Below are positions 8,796 to 17,531 of a stretch of 32,000 bases of DNA, piece after piece. Numbering within the stretch: position 1 is the stretch's first letter; every line of letters begins with the position of its first letter. This DNA is from Candidatus Electrothrix sp. GW3-4 (GTDB lineage: Bacteria > Desulfobacterota > Desulfobulbia > Desulfobulbales > Desulfobulbaceae), in contig NZ_CP147990.1 in the NCBI RefSeq assembly GCF_037902255.1, positions 2,460,001-2,492,000 of the forward strand, written 5' to 3'. Position numbers and translations under genes: made by a program. The notes below the pieces were generated by a model that was given only the letters and a program-made list of their open reading frames with translations, did no database searches and was not told where the DNA came from.

Positions 8796-9869
8796 TCAGC
8801 TCACCTGTTCCTCGTCTAACTTTTGCAGCCCTTCCATCAATAGGCCCATAAAGCCACCAAGCACAGGCAGATCTTCATATTTCTTGGCAAGTTCCGTGTT
8901 ATAGGTAAAGGACCCCTTCTTTTTGGACAAGAGCGCAAATAACGCATCCTTCCCATGAAGGTCTCCGAAAGAGGCATGAATAATTTCTCCCTCCTTAAAA
9001 AGGATAGTGGCATGGCCATCGTGAAAAATCAAGTCAACTTTACCGGATTTACCACCACTATTAATCAACTGAAAAAGCTCTACCGGATTGATATAAATCA
9101 GTTCCCCACTCATACCAGAACTAATTTTACCGGACCTGGCCATATTCATTTGCGCACGGTTCACCAGCAGACGATAGAAAAAGATCTGCAGAACCGGATA
9201 TCGATTAAGAATAAATTTCAGGTCCTTTCCGTTAATTGTACCAAACTTGACCACGGTCCGAGAATGAACCGAGCTGCTTGCAGGTTCTCCTGAAAGCAAA
9301 CTCATCTCACCAAAGATCTCACCCCGTCCTATCTCAGCGATGACCTCATTATCCCCTTTGATAATAGCGACCTTACCGGAGAGTATAATGTACAGATGCG
9401 TTCCCCTCGTTCCCTCGGAGATAATAACCTTATTCGGATCAAACTGTTTCAACTTCAGCATTGAAATCAGATCTAACAAATCATGATCTTCAAGAAGCTC
9501 AAACACCTGCATGGTCCGGAGATGTTTAAACAGGGCTTCCACATGCCGTTTCCTCGCCTTTTTATCAGCGATGCGCAGAAGATTCATCTGCAACGTGGAA
9601 AATCCCCGTTCCTTTTTATACTCAAAGCGCATGGAACCTGTGCAGCCGGGGCAGCGGAAGGATGCCCGTTGCATAGCCATCTGCGTAAATCGCTGTTCCC
9701 CTGGTTTTTTAGCAAGCGCTTTATGGAGTTCACGCACCAAGATCAAGCAGACCGGTTTTTCATAGTCCACACTCACTGCCGAATCTTGAATCTGGATTTC
9801 TTCACCTACATTGTAAATAGGGCAGGAATCCTCCGAGGTAACAACAAAAACAGCGTTACGATATTCCAT
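8796..9869 (-). CDS. Three-domain signalling protein: Cys4 N-terminal domain, cyclic-nucleotide-binding domain, DUF4388/PATAN domain (paralog 2)
   Basis: 357-aa ORF collinear with the neighbouring 360-aa protein. It has the identical N-terminus MEYRNAVFVVT, conserved Cys16, Cys41 and CPGC at 73-76, IGRGEIFGEMSLLSG, and GELIYINPVELFQLINSGGKSGKV. Confidence 0.8.
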   Translation of the reverse strand: MEYRNAVFVVTSEDSCPIYNVGEEIQIQDSAVSVDYEKPVCLILVRELHKALAKKPGEQRFTQMAMQRASFRCPGCTGSMRFEYKKERGFSTLQMNLLRIADKKARKRHVEALFKHLRTMQVFELLEDHDLLDLISMLKLKQFDPNKVIISEGTRGTHLYIILSGKVAIIKGDNEVIAEIGRGEIFGEMSLLSGEPASSSVHSRTVVKFGTINGKDLKFILNRYPVLQIFFYRLLVNRAQMNMARSGKISSGMSGELIYINPVELFQLINSGGKSGKVDLIFHDGHATILFKEGEIIHASFGDLHGKDALFALLSKKKGSFTYNTELAKKYEDLPVLGGFMGLLMEGLQKLDEEQVS

Positions 9870-9974
9870 GCTGATTAACCTGATTTAAAAATACATAGGT
9901 AACAAAAAAAACGCACCAATTACTCATCCCCGCCTCTCTTGCAAAAAAAGACGAGGATGCTACAGACAGGCGCT

Positions 9975-10337
9975 TCAGGATCTTCCAAAAAACAAATAAA
10001 CTATAAAACCAAGAACTACCGATGCCCCGGCCAAAACAGGTAAGACCTTTTTTACCTGAAGTTCTCCGTCGACAACAAGGGTCTGCATATACTCGGTTCC
10101 GCTGAGCCACCAAAGGACAATAAAGACAGCAATGATAATAAGTTCATTAAAGGATTGCTTCCAGATCAGATAGCCGATCAGGGCTGCAAAGGGGACGATA
10201 AACCAAGGATTTGTAAACAGGGCAACGATATCAACATCTTTCACCTGCTCAGGAATATGGGTACTTTGCAACCAAGCACCTATTTTTGCAAAAAAACCTT
10301 CTGAAGTACTGTCTGCAACTGCTTCCGCACCCGCCAT
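9975..10337 (-). CDS. Small integral membrane protein (about 3 TM helices), function unknown
   Basis: 120-aa ORF with hydrophobic stretches WFIVPFAALIGYLIW, LIIIAVFIVLWWL and VLPVLAGASVVLGFIVYLFF. It lies upstream of the cNMP/PATAN paralogs on the same strand. I recognise no family. Confidence 0.5.
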   Translation of the reverse strand: MAGAEAVADSTSEGFFAKIGAWLQSTHIPEQVKDVDIVALFTNPWFIVPFAALIGYLIWKQSFNELIIIAVFIVLWWLSGTEYMQTLVVDGELQVKKVLPVLAGASVVLGFIVYLFFGRS

Positions 10338-10482
10338 GGCACAGCTCCTTTCGTAAAATAAATATCTATAACACGGGGTCTTTCTTTTCAGACTACCAAC
10401 GAAAACAAAAACCTGTCAATTAAAAAACAGTAATTCCTGCTCAGGCCCCAAAAGCCTGGTAACAGCACGACCTCCTCCCCCT

Positions 10483-10553
10483 AAAAAGCGCTCCCCCCGG
10501 CCTGCGGCCGGGACCAAACTTCGAAGTAACAGTGACGTACACGTCATGTTACT
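10483..10553 (-). terminator. Candidate tandem-hairpin terminator downstream of the FmdB-like gene
   Basis: On the minus strand there are two hairpins: AGTAACATGACGT/ACGTCACTGTTACT (10524-10553, one bulge) and CCCGGCC-gca-GGCCGGG (10496-10512). A T5 run follows, but it is 8 nt from the stem, so the geometry is imperfect. Confidence 0.4.
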
Positions 10554-10593
10554 TAGAAGGAGGGAGGAGATATCTGTTCCTTGTGTTTACCGA

Positions 10594-10902
10594 TCAGGAA
10601 GAGGCCGGACAGCCCTTACAAGCGCTATCGCTGCCGCAGGAAGGGGTTTTCTTCGTCGAATCAGTATTCGTCGCAGGACTCTTCTCCGCTGCCTTATTAC
10701 CGGCATCTCCCTGAGCTGACGAGCTGGACGAATATCCGTCTGAATACCATCCTCCACCTTTCAGATGAAAGGAGCTCATGGACATAATTTTTTTCACCTC
10801 CCCACCGCAAACAGAGCAGGATGTCAGTGGGCTATCATTCATTCCCTGATGTACTTCAAACACTTTTTCACAAGCAGGGCACTCATACTCGTAAACCGGC
10901 AT
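10594..10902 (-). CDS. FmdB-family zinc-ribbon protein (CxxC...CxxC) with a Ser/Gly-rich tail
   Basis: The 102-aa ORF begins MPVYEYECPACEKVFEVHQGMNDSPLTSCSVCGGEVKKI, the canonical FmdB/CxxC_CxxC_SSSS N-terminus. Confidence 0.8.
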   Translation of the reverse strand: MPVYEYECPACEKVFEVHQGMNDSPLTSCSVCGGEVKKIMSMSSFHLKGGGWYSDGYSSSSSAQGDAGNKAAEKSPATNTDSTKKTPSCGSDSACKGCPASS

Positions 10903-11254
10903 TTCACACCTCTATCTTTACATTATTTTTATATAAGTATTTTTAATAAAATACGATAAGAAAAACAACCTCTCGTTACGGATTAAATAAAATACCCTTC
11001 CTCCCTCAGACTGTCAACCATCGAAACCGCACAGAACAAAAACTGCACAAGCGTACTTTGTTCTCTCATTTACCTGTCTCGCATTGCAAAGACAAAACAA
11101 CCAAAGTACGGGAAGCAGTCCTTCATGGCTGAGAAATATTATATTGCATCCTCCAGGCTTATCATATATATTTATATCCTTTTATAAGGAAGCACATGAA
11201 AAATACAAAATATATGGTTTATCAACCATGTTTATTTATCCCTGGGAGTACAAT

Positions 11255-11689
11255 ATGAGCAAAACACTCGTCGAAATGACCGCTGACATTATCCAGTCGC
11301 AAATAAGCGGATCCAATATGAGTACTGATGAAATCAAAACAGCACTCAACGATACCTATCAGGCACTGAAAGATTTACAGGAAGCCGAGCAAGCCGGAAC
11401 AGATATTGAAGAAAAAGAAGAAAAACCGGCAATGGATCCCAAGCGATCTATTCAAAAAAACAAAATAGTCTGTCTTGAATGTGGTCAATCCTTCAAAATG
11501 CTTACCAAGCATTTGAAATCACACAATATGACCTCGAAAGAATACCGCAAGAAATATGGCTTTAGCAGCACGCAATCGCTTTGCGCAAAGGCCCTTTCAG
11601 AGGAGCGCTCCCAGGCCAGCAAAGAGCGTGGCATCCACCCAAATCTGCGCAAAACCTTTGGCAACCGAGCAAAAAAGACAAAAAAATAA
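11255..11689 (+). CDS. MucR/Ros-family zinc-finger transcriptional regulator
   Basis: IVCLECGQSFKMLTKHLKSHNMTSKEYRKKYGF is the Ros/MucR C2H2-type finger. I moved the start to the in-frame ATG at 11255 (MSKTLVEMTADIIQ...), which follows GGGAG. The ORF-track start at 11084 would add a non-homologous leader. Confidence 0.8.
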   Translation: MSKTLVEMTADIIQSQISGSNMSTDEIKTALNDTYQALKDLQEAEQAGTDIEEKEEKPAMDPKRSIQKNKIVCLECGQSFKMLTKHLKSHNMTSKEYRKKYGFSSTQSLCAKALSEERSQASKERGIHPNLRKTFGNRAKKTKK

Positions 11690-11701
11690 TTTCTTGCTTT
11701 C

Positions 11702-12514
11702 ATGATCGGCATTTTCGACTCTGGTGTCGGCGGGATGACCGTTGCCAGAACAATTGAGCAGGTATGCCCGCAATATCCCCTCCTGTACTTTGGCGATGTT
11801 GCCCATACCCCATATGGCTCCAAAAGTTCTGAAACCATAACGGGCTATTCCCGTCGCAACACTGAGTTCCTGCTCAACCAAGGTGCAAAAGTTATCGTTG
11901 TTGCCTGTAATTCAGCAGCTGCAACCTCGGTTGACACCCTACGGGCTGAATACGCTGTTCCCATCATAGATGTCATCACCGCAACAACCAGGAAAGCGGC
12001 AGAGGGAACAGTAAACAGACGAATCGGCATCATTGGCACCCGCGCGACAGTCCAATCCGGCATCTACGAGAAACAAATCAAACAACTGCGCCCTGCCTGC
12101 CAAATATACGGTCAGGCCTGCCCACTCCTTGTCCCCCTGATAGAGGAAGGATGGCTCAATCAGCGTGAAACCAAGATGATCTTACGGCGCTACCTTACTC
12201 CGCTCCGACAGCACCAAATTGACACCTTAATTCTGGGATGTACCCATTACCCCCTCTTGACCCATCTTATCCAGAAAAGAATCGGCAAAAGGGTGCATAT
12301 AATTGATTCATCAATAGAAACAGCTCGGCACTTAAAATCTTTTCTTGACAATTCACCTGAAATAACATCAACTATCAGAAAAAAAATGCAGGACTGTCCA
12401 CCTCACCATCTTGAGAAGAATCGTTTTTTTGTATCCGATTCCACCCCGCCCTTACAAAAGCTGGCCAACGGAATCTTTGGTCGAAAAATCAACCTTATTA
12501 CAACACATGCTTAA
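11702..12514 (+). CDS. murI: Glutamate racemase
   Basis: 270-aa ORF with MIGIFDSGVGGMTV, VVACNSAAA and LGCTHYPLL. Both catalytic Cys contexts are present. Confidence 0.9.
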   Translation: MIGIFDSGVGGMTVARTIEQVCPQYPLLYFGDVAHTPYGSKSSETITGYSRRNTEFLLNQGAKVIVVACNSAAATSVDTLRAEYAVPIIDVITATTRKAAEGTVNRRIGIIGTRATVQSGIYEKQIKQLRPACQIYGQACPLLVPLIEEGWLNQRETKMILRRYLTPLRQHQIDTLILGCTHYPLLTHLIQKRIGKRVHIIDSSIETARHLKSFLDNSPEITSTIRKKMQDCPPHHLEKNRFFVSDSTPPLQKLANGIFGRKINLITTHA

Positions 12515-13208
12515 GCGAAACACATCCCAGCCTTTTGCCTTGCTTCTTTATTTTTTCCTCTGTGCTCTTTCACCTCATGCCCAGGCGGCAGCCGTCCCCC
12601 TTGAACAGCTTGAAAAAATACAGCAATACTACCGCAACCTGACCAGTCTCAGTTTTGATTTCAGACAAATTACCAACAGCAACGGGAGGACCAGAGAAGG
12701 TGCTGGCAGCAGTACTTTTTTTCGCCCTTCCTCAACGACTTCAGGTATTATGCGCTGGGATTACAGCAAACCCGGCAAACAGATTATCTTAAACGACGGC
12801 AAAGAACTTTCCATCTATACGGAGAAAGACAAACAGCTGCTCATTATGTCAGCCCAAAAGCTGCAATCCGACATAACCTACTCCTTTTTTGTTGGTAAAC
12901 GTGATCTGAAAGAGGACTTTGATCTCTTGCCGGTAGCCAGCCATTTTGCCAGCAAAATGAACGGACAATCTGGTATTGCCGTCCAGCTGGTCCCCAAACA
13001 ACCCCATGGACAGATCAAGTCGCTCCATTTCTGGTTTGATAAGGACGAAAGAATCAGACGACTTATTATGGAAGATCATTTTGAAACAACAACAGAACTG
13101 ATCTTCAGCAATATCCAGGTCAATACATTACCAGCAGATTCACCGCAAACAATCGCTCAACTGGTCCAATTAAACATCCCCTCTGATACTGAAATTATCA
13201 GACAATAA
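12507..13208 (+). CDS. lolA: LolA-like outer-membrane lipoprotein carrier protein
   Basis: Start moved to the ATG at 12507, which gives the signal peptide MLKRNTSQPFALLLYFFLCALSPHAQA. It overlaps the murI stop by 8 nt. LEKIQQYYRNLTSLSFDFRQ...GIMRWDYSKPGKQIILNDGKELSIY is LolA-like. Confidence 0.7.
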   Translation: MLKRNTSQPFALLLYFFLCALSPHAQAAAVPLEQLEKIQQYYRNLTSLSFDFRQITNSNGRTREGAGSSTFFRPSSTTSGIMRWDYSKPGKQIILNDGKELSIYTEKDKQLLIMSAQKLQSDITYSFFVGKRDLKEDFDLLPVASHFASKMNGQSGIAVQLVPKQPHGQIKSLHFWFDKDERIRRLIMEDHFETTTELIFSNIQVNTLPADSPQTIAQLVQLNIPSDTEIIRQ

Positions 13209-13435
13209 ACTCAAGCTTCATCCTGGCCCACAGGACCGGGACAACAAATTTGAGAGGGAGGGAAGCTTGATCGGCTTCTCCGCCGACCACTTTCACATAA
13301 ACGCCATCCCTCCCCTTCTGGGGAGGGCAACAAAGCATGAAAGGCGGCAAAAGCCTGGTTGGTGTCCTTAACCTTCTTATATCAAAAAACCGTTTGGAAA
13401 AACCCCCAATCAAACAAACCGAATCATCAAACGAC

Positions 13436-14605
13436 ATGAGTGAAGAACAATTTGCAGATCTCTTTCAGGACAAAACCGGCACGACAAAAATTCAGCCGGG
13501 AGATAAGATTGATGCCGTGATAGCTGATATCAACGGTGAAAATATCTTTCTGGATCTGGGTGGAAAAAGCGAAGGCATCCTCGGGGCATCAGAACTTCGT
13601 GATGAACAGGATGAGTTAACGGTCAAAATCGGTGACACGGTTTCCGTTTTCCTCTTAAGGAACCGGGGCGGCGAGCAGGTCTTCACAACAAAGATCGGTG
13701 CTGGCCAAGTTGGCCTGGAAGAGCTCGAACAGGCATTTCATAATAATATCCCGGTGCAGGGTCGGGTTGCCTCGGAAATCAAAGGCGGTTTCCAGATTAC
13801 TGTTGCTGGCCAGCGTGGATTCTGCCCCTACTCGCAGATGGGATTACGCAGGGTCGATAATCCAGACGAGTACCTTGAACAAAGCATGGCCTTTAAAATT
13901 ATTGAATTCGGCAATAAAGGTCGCAATATCATTCTCTCCGCCCGGGCCGTACAGGAAGAAGAAAGGGAACAGCTCCGAGAGCAACTCCAAGAGACCTTGC
14001 ATGAAGGCGATAAGGTGGAAGGAACCGTCAGCTCTCTTCAGAAGTTTGGTGCCTTTATCGACCTCGGCGGTGTGGATGGCCTGATCCCTATTTCCGAGCT
14101 GGCCTGGGGCCAGACAGACCTGGTCGAAGATGTCCTCAGCCAGGGTCAGCGAGTGGAAGTCATTGTTAAAAAGCTGGACTGGGCCAAAGATCGTATTTCT
14201 CTGAGCCTCAAGGATACCCTGGAGAACCCCTGGGATAAGGCTGAAGAAAAATATGCTCCGGCGAGCATCCACACCGGTATCGTTTCCCGACTGGCCCAGT
14301 TCGGGGCCTTTGTCACTCTGGAGCCCGGTATTGATGGCCTCCTCCATATCTCCAAGCTCGGCTCTGGTCGCCGCATTAATCATCCCCGTGAGGTGCTGGA
14401 GGCAGGTCAGGAGATCACGGTCAAGATTGACAGCGTTGACCTGGAAAAAAAGCGTATCTCTCTGGTGCCCGAGGATTACACTGCTCAGGCAGAAGAAGAA
14501 AAGGCCGCAAAGAAAGCGTACGCCCCGGCCAAAGAGAGCGCCCCGCGATCTATGGGCACCTTGGGCGATCTGCTTCAGGCCCAGATGCAACAGAAGAAAA
14601 AATAG
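13436..14605 (+). CDS. S1 RNA-binding-domain protein (four S1-like repeats, ribosomal protein S1 paralog type)
   Basis: Repeated S1 motifs are present (GDKIDAVIADINGENIFLDLG, VQGRVASEIKGGFQITV, VEGTVSSLQKFGAFIDLGGVDGLIPISEL, HTGIVSRLAQFGAFVTLEPGIDGLLHISKL). I chose the start MSEEQFADLF at 13436 by homology with S1 N-termini. The upstream ATG at 13337 has a better SD (GGGGAGGG) and remains possible. Confidence 0.75.
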   Translation: MSEEQFADLFQDKTGTTKIQPGDKIDAVIADINGENIFLDLGGKSEGILGASELRDEQDELTVKIGDTVSVFLLRNRGGEQVFTTKIGAGQVGLEELEQAFHNNIPVQGRVASEIKGGFQITVAGQRGFCPYSQMGLRRVDNPDEYLEQSMAFKIIEFGNKGRNIILSARAVQEEEREQLREQLQETLHEGDKVEGTVSSLQKFGAFIDLGGVDGLIPISELAWGQTDLVEDVLSQGQRVEVIVKKLDWAKDRISLSLKDTLENPWDKAEEKYAPASIHTGIVSRLAQFGAFVTLEPGIDGLLHISKLGSGRRINHPREVLEAGQEITVKIDSVDLEKKRISLVPEDYTAQAEEEKAAKKAYAPAKESAPRSMGTLGDLLQAQMQQKKK

Positions 14606-14711
14606 GAAGTTTGTTGCTTTAACAACTTAGTTACACTCCCCAAGGGCGAAGACAAGCTTCGCCCCTCTCCAATTTCGCATTAAAAATGGAAGCTTTGCTT
14701 AACCGCTTATT

Positions 14712-15317
14712 ATGCGTGAGATGAACGTACCGATGAAGCTCCGCATAGCATTAGCGCTCGCTTACCTCCTCTGTATCTATACCACCCTCGGCATTGCCCG
14801 CCCTCTTGCCGAATACCTCCGCTCAACCGGGATACTGCTCCTCACAGTAATTACCCTCTTTGCTGGCAGCCTGCCCCTTGCCCTGCTCTGGCGCTATAAA
14901 ACAATCACCCGAACGCGTTTTCTGTTCCGTATCCTCCTGATCATCACCCTGCTCTGCGCCGCTTTTATCACCTCAGCCTTACCAGAGGAGCGTCTTCATT
15001 TTCTCACCTATGGTCTTGCCGGTTGGCTGATCTGCTGGAGCCTGGAGCCAACAACTGGCTTCTCAAGTACGCCGCAAAAAGGCCTGCTCCTGCGTCAGGT
15101 CCTCTTGTGGCTCACCCCTTGCCTGCTGGTCTGGGGAGCTGGTAGCATAGACGAGCTCATCCAATGGTGGCTGCCAAATCGGGTCTTTGATGTCCGCGAC
15201 ATCATATTCAACACAACTGCCGGGATCACCGGAATTACCCTGTTTGCGACCGGATCAAGGTCTGCGAAAAAAATAAAGGAGAGCACGGGCTCTCCTCAAA
15301 TAAATACAGCATCCTGA
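14712..15317 (+). CDS. VanZ-like membrane protein
   Basis: 201-aa multi-TM ORF. IDELIQWWLPNRVFDVRDIIFNTTAGITG matches the VanZ-family signature (DE..Q...R..D..D...N..G). The start among the ATGs at 14712, 14721 and 14733 is uncertain. Confidence 0.6.
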   Translation: MREMNVPMKLRIALALAYLLCIYTTLGIARPLAEYLRSTGILLLTVITLFAGSLPLALLWRYKTITRTRFLFRILLIITLLCAAFITSALPEERLHFLTYGLAGWLICWSLEPTTGFSSTPQKGLLLRQVLLWLTPCLLVWGAGSIDELIQWWLPNRVFDVRDIIFNTTAGITGITLFATGSRSAKKIKESTGSPQINTAS

Positions 15318-15348
15318 TTTTAGATCATTCGGTCAACGCAACCATTCC

Positions 15349-15765
15349 TCATTTTCCCTCAAAGGTATTTTCTACCAAGGGCTTGGCATCAACCTGTCCT
15401 ACATGACATTGGGTACAGAAATACCAGCGCTGGGAAATACTTTCCCCTTTCTTTCCGTCCCTATCGGTATAATGGGTCTGGAAGGGTTTCGGGGCACCAG
15501 AGCCCTCCACTCCGTGACACCCTAAGCAGTCGTTTCTCTTTGTTGAAATCGCCATTCCCGTTATAGCATGGGCAATGAGTGGCGGTTGATGGGCCGAGGT
15601 TCGGGGCACAACAGCACCGGGTGGCTGCCAGTCCATATCCACGGCAGGAGTTGATTCAGCTGGAATATCCAGGCCCCCGCGTAAGGATTGCACATCCTCG
15701 CCATGGGCAAGGGAAAAAAAACAAACAGTTATCGTCCCGAAAAAAGGGAATAATATCTTTTTCAT
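15349..15765 (-). CDS. napB: Periplasmic nitrate reductase diheme cytochrome c subunit
   Basis: Signal peptide MKKILFPFFGTITVCFFSLAHG and two CxxCH motifs (CLGCH, CTQCH) in NapB-like contexts. I preferred the ATG at 15765, which follows GGAG at SD spacing. An alternative ATG at 15777 overlaps the napH stop (TGATG). Confidence 0.8.
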   Translation of the reverse strand: MKKILFPFFGTITVCFFSLAHGEDVQSLRGGLDIPAESTPAVDMDWQPPGAVVPRTSAHQPPLIAHAITGMAISTKRNDCLGCHGVEGSGAPKPFQTHYTDRDGKKGESISQRWYFCTQCHVGQVDAKPLVENTFEGK

Positions 15766-15776
15766 AGCGTTCTCCA

Positions 15777-16622
15777 TCAGATTCGTCGGGAAAAACGAAA
15801 AACATTATGCGGACAGATGTCAATACAGCGCCCGCAGTTCAGACAGTTTTTTGCAAGAATAAACGGTGAGCTCTGCGCATCACCTTTGAGCGCAGGCCGG
15901 ATGACCTGGGGTTCAGGACAGACAGCAAAACAATCGCCGCAATCGGTACATTGCCCTCGTCCAGCAGCCTTTATTCTCAGAAGAGCAACAAAGCTCAACA
16001 GGCTGTACATGGCTCCCATGGGGCAGAGATGCCCGCACCAAGCACGCCGCAGCAGAAAAGCATCAAAGGCAAAAATGGCCAGGATGAAAATCCATCCCAT
16101 CCCCATACCGAACAACAGACCCCGCTGCAACATGGTCACCGGGTTGAGCCATTCATAAACAATGGTTCCGCTGACAGCAGACAAGATAAGAATCGCCCCC
16201 ATGAACCCATAGCGCGTCTTCTTGCTCAGCTGGAGGACTTTTTTCATCCCCATCCTCCTGTTCAACCAGGCAGCTGTATCAGTCACCAGGTTCACGGGGC
16301 AGACCCAGGCACAGAATACTCCGCCACCAAGCAAGGCATAGAGGACGATCACGACCAAGGCACCGACCAAGGCGCTTGATGCTGGCGAATGACCGGCTGC
16401 AAGGGATTGGAACATAATCAGCGGGTCTGTCATAGGAAGGAAACCCAAGACCTCGCTGGCTGACAGGGTTCCTCTGATAAGCCAAAGCCCGAGCAAAGGA
16501 CCTGCCAAAAAAATCCCCAGAATGGCAAGCTGCGAGATTCGACGCAGAAGCAGCCATTTATACGAGCGTACCCAACCTTTTTTTTCCACCGCCTCTTGGC
16601 CTGGCCTTCTTTTCTCGATCAT
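15777..16622 (-). CDS. napH: Membrane-bound quinol dehydrogenase subunit of the Nap system
   Basis: 281-aa ORF with four TM segments, CPVNLVTD and CGHLCPMGA motifs, and C-terminal [13 protein letters not shown] and [13 protein letters not shown] ferredoxin motifs. Its start overlaps the napG stop by 4 nt. Confidence 0.9.
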   Translation of the reverse strand: MIEKRRPGQEAVEKKGWVRSYKWLLLRRISQLAILGIFLAGPLLGLWLIRGTLSASEVLGFLPMTDPLIMFQSLAAGHSPASSALVGALVVIVLYALLGGGVFCAWVCPVNLVTDTAAWLNRRMGMKKVLQLSKKTRYGFMGAILILSAVSGTIVYEWLNPVTMLQRGLLFGMGMGWIFILAIFAFDAFLLRRAWCGHLCPMGAMYSLLSFVALLRIKAAGRGQCTDCGDCFAVCPEPQVIRPALKGDAQSSPFILAKNCLNCGRCIDICPHNVFRFSRRI

Positions 16623-17497
16623 GGCAATTCCTCCGGCATCCGCACAGGCAATTGCAGGGCCTCAGGTATAAGGGACTGGCCTGCTTTCTCTTTCTCCTGC
16701 CAACCCAGACGATAATGGTGCCCAAGCTCACCCCGTGCCTGGGCAAGGGGCAGCACCTTGATCGCTGGATGTTCCAAAATGCAGGAACGTTCGCATTTTC
16801 CGCAGCCTGTACAGTGCTTGGAATGCACTGTGGGAATAAAACGGGCATGCATGCCGGTTCGTTGATTCGCTACCATATCCAGGGTCAGGGCCTTATCCAG
16901 TACCGGGCAGTTCCGATAGCAGACATCACAGCGCAGCCCCTGAAAACCGATGCAATTTTCATGATCAATGAGCACGGCCAGTCCCATTCTTGCCTCATAG
17001 ACGGAAGGCTCCTTCTTTTCCTCATCGAGAAGGGTCTTCTGACTCAAGGCCCCGGAAGGGCAGGCCCGGACGCAGGGCATATCCTCACATAAGCGGCAGG
17101 GACTGGTTCGGGGAACAAAATACGGGGTCCCCACCGGAACATCGCTGCCTGCTTCGGCCAAACGCAAAACCGGCTCCAGCTCTACAGAGGCGTTGGGATT
17201 CACCTCCATTGGCCCGTCGGCATTCATCTCCGGCATGTCATTATTGCGCAGGAGATTGGCATGACAGGCCCGGACACATTGCCCGCAACGCAGGCAGGCT
17301 GCCTGGAACGCCTTTTCCGGCAGAGCCCCTGGTGGGCGTATTGCCCGGGCAGGCACAGCCTGAGCAGAGCGCTGATAGGCCCCCAGCCCCACAGCCAGCA
17401 CAAAGGCCCCAGCAGCAGCTGACAGGGTATCTCTCAGAAAGCGACGACGTCCCTCCTCCTCCCTGTTATGGTGCTGTCTTGTTTCTCTTTCATCCAT
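16619..17497 (-). CDS. napG: Periplasmic ferredoxin-type subunit of the Nap quinol dehydrogenase
   Basis: 292-aa ORF with a twin-arginine signal ([17 protein letters not shown]) and four Cys clusters ([45 protein letters not shown]). Confidence 0.9.
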   Translation of the reverse strand: MDERETRQHHNREEEGRRRFLRDTLSAAAGAFVLAVGLGAYQRSAQAVPARAIRPPGALPEKAFQAACLRCGQCVRACHANLLRNNDMPEMNADGPMEVNPNASVELEPVLRLAEAGSDVPVGTPYFVPRTSPCRLCEDMPCVRACPSGALSQKTLLDEEKKEPSVYEARMGLAVLIDHENCIGFQGLRCDVCYRNCPVLDKALTLDMVANQRTGMHARFIPTVHSKHCTGCGKCERSCILEHPAIKVLPLAQARGELGHHYRLGWQEKEKAGQSLIPEALQLPVRMPEELP

Positions 17498-17531
17498 TTC
17501 GGTCTCCTTAGGCCATGCTTGAGATCTTGCT

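Noticed and set aside
11084-11254. N-terminal extension of the MucR/Ros ORF
   Set aside because: The extension lies in the AT-rich promoter-like region and has no homology to the family. An internal ATG with GGGAG gives the usual size of about 144 aa.
13844-14590. 248-aa minus-strand ORF
   Set aside because: It is antisense to the S1-domain gene, whose repeated S1 motifs are unambiguous.
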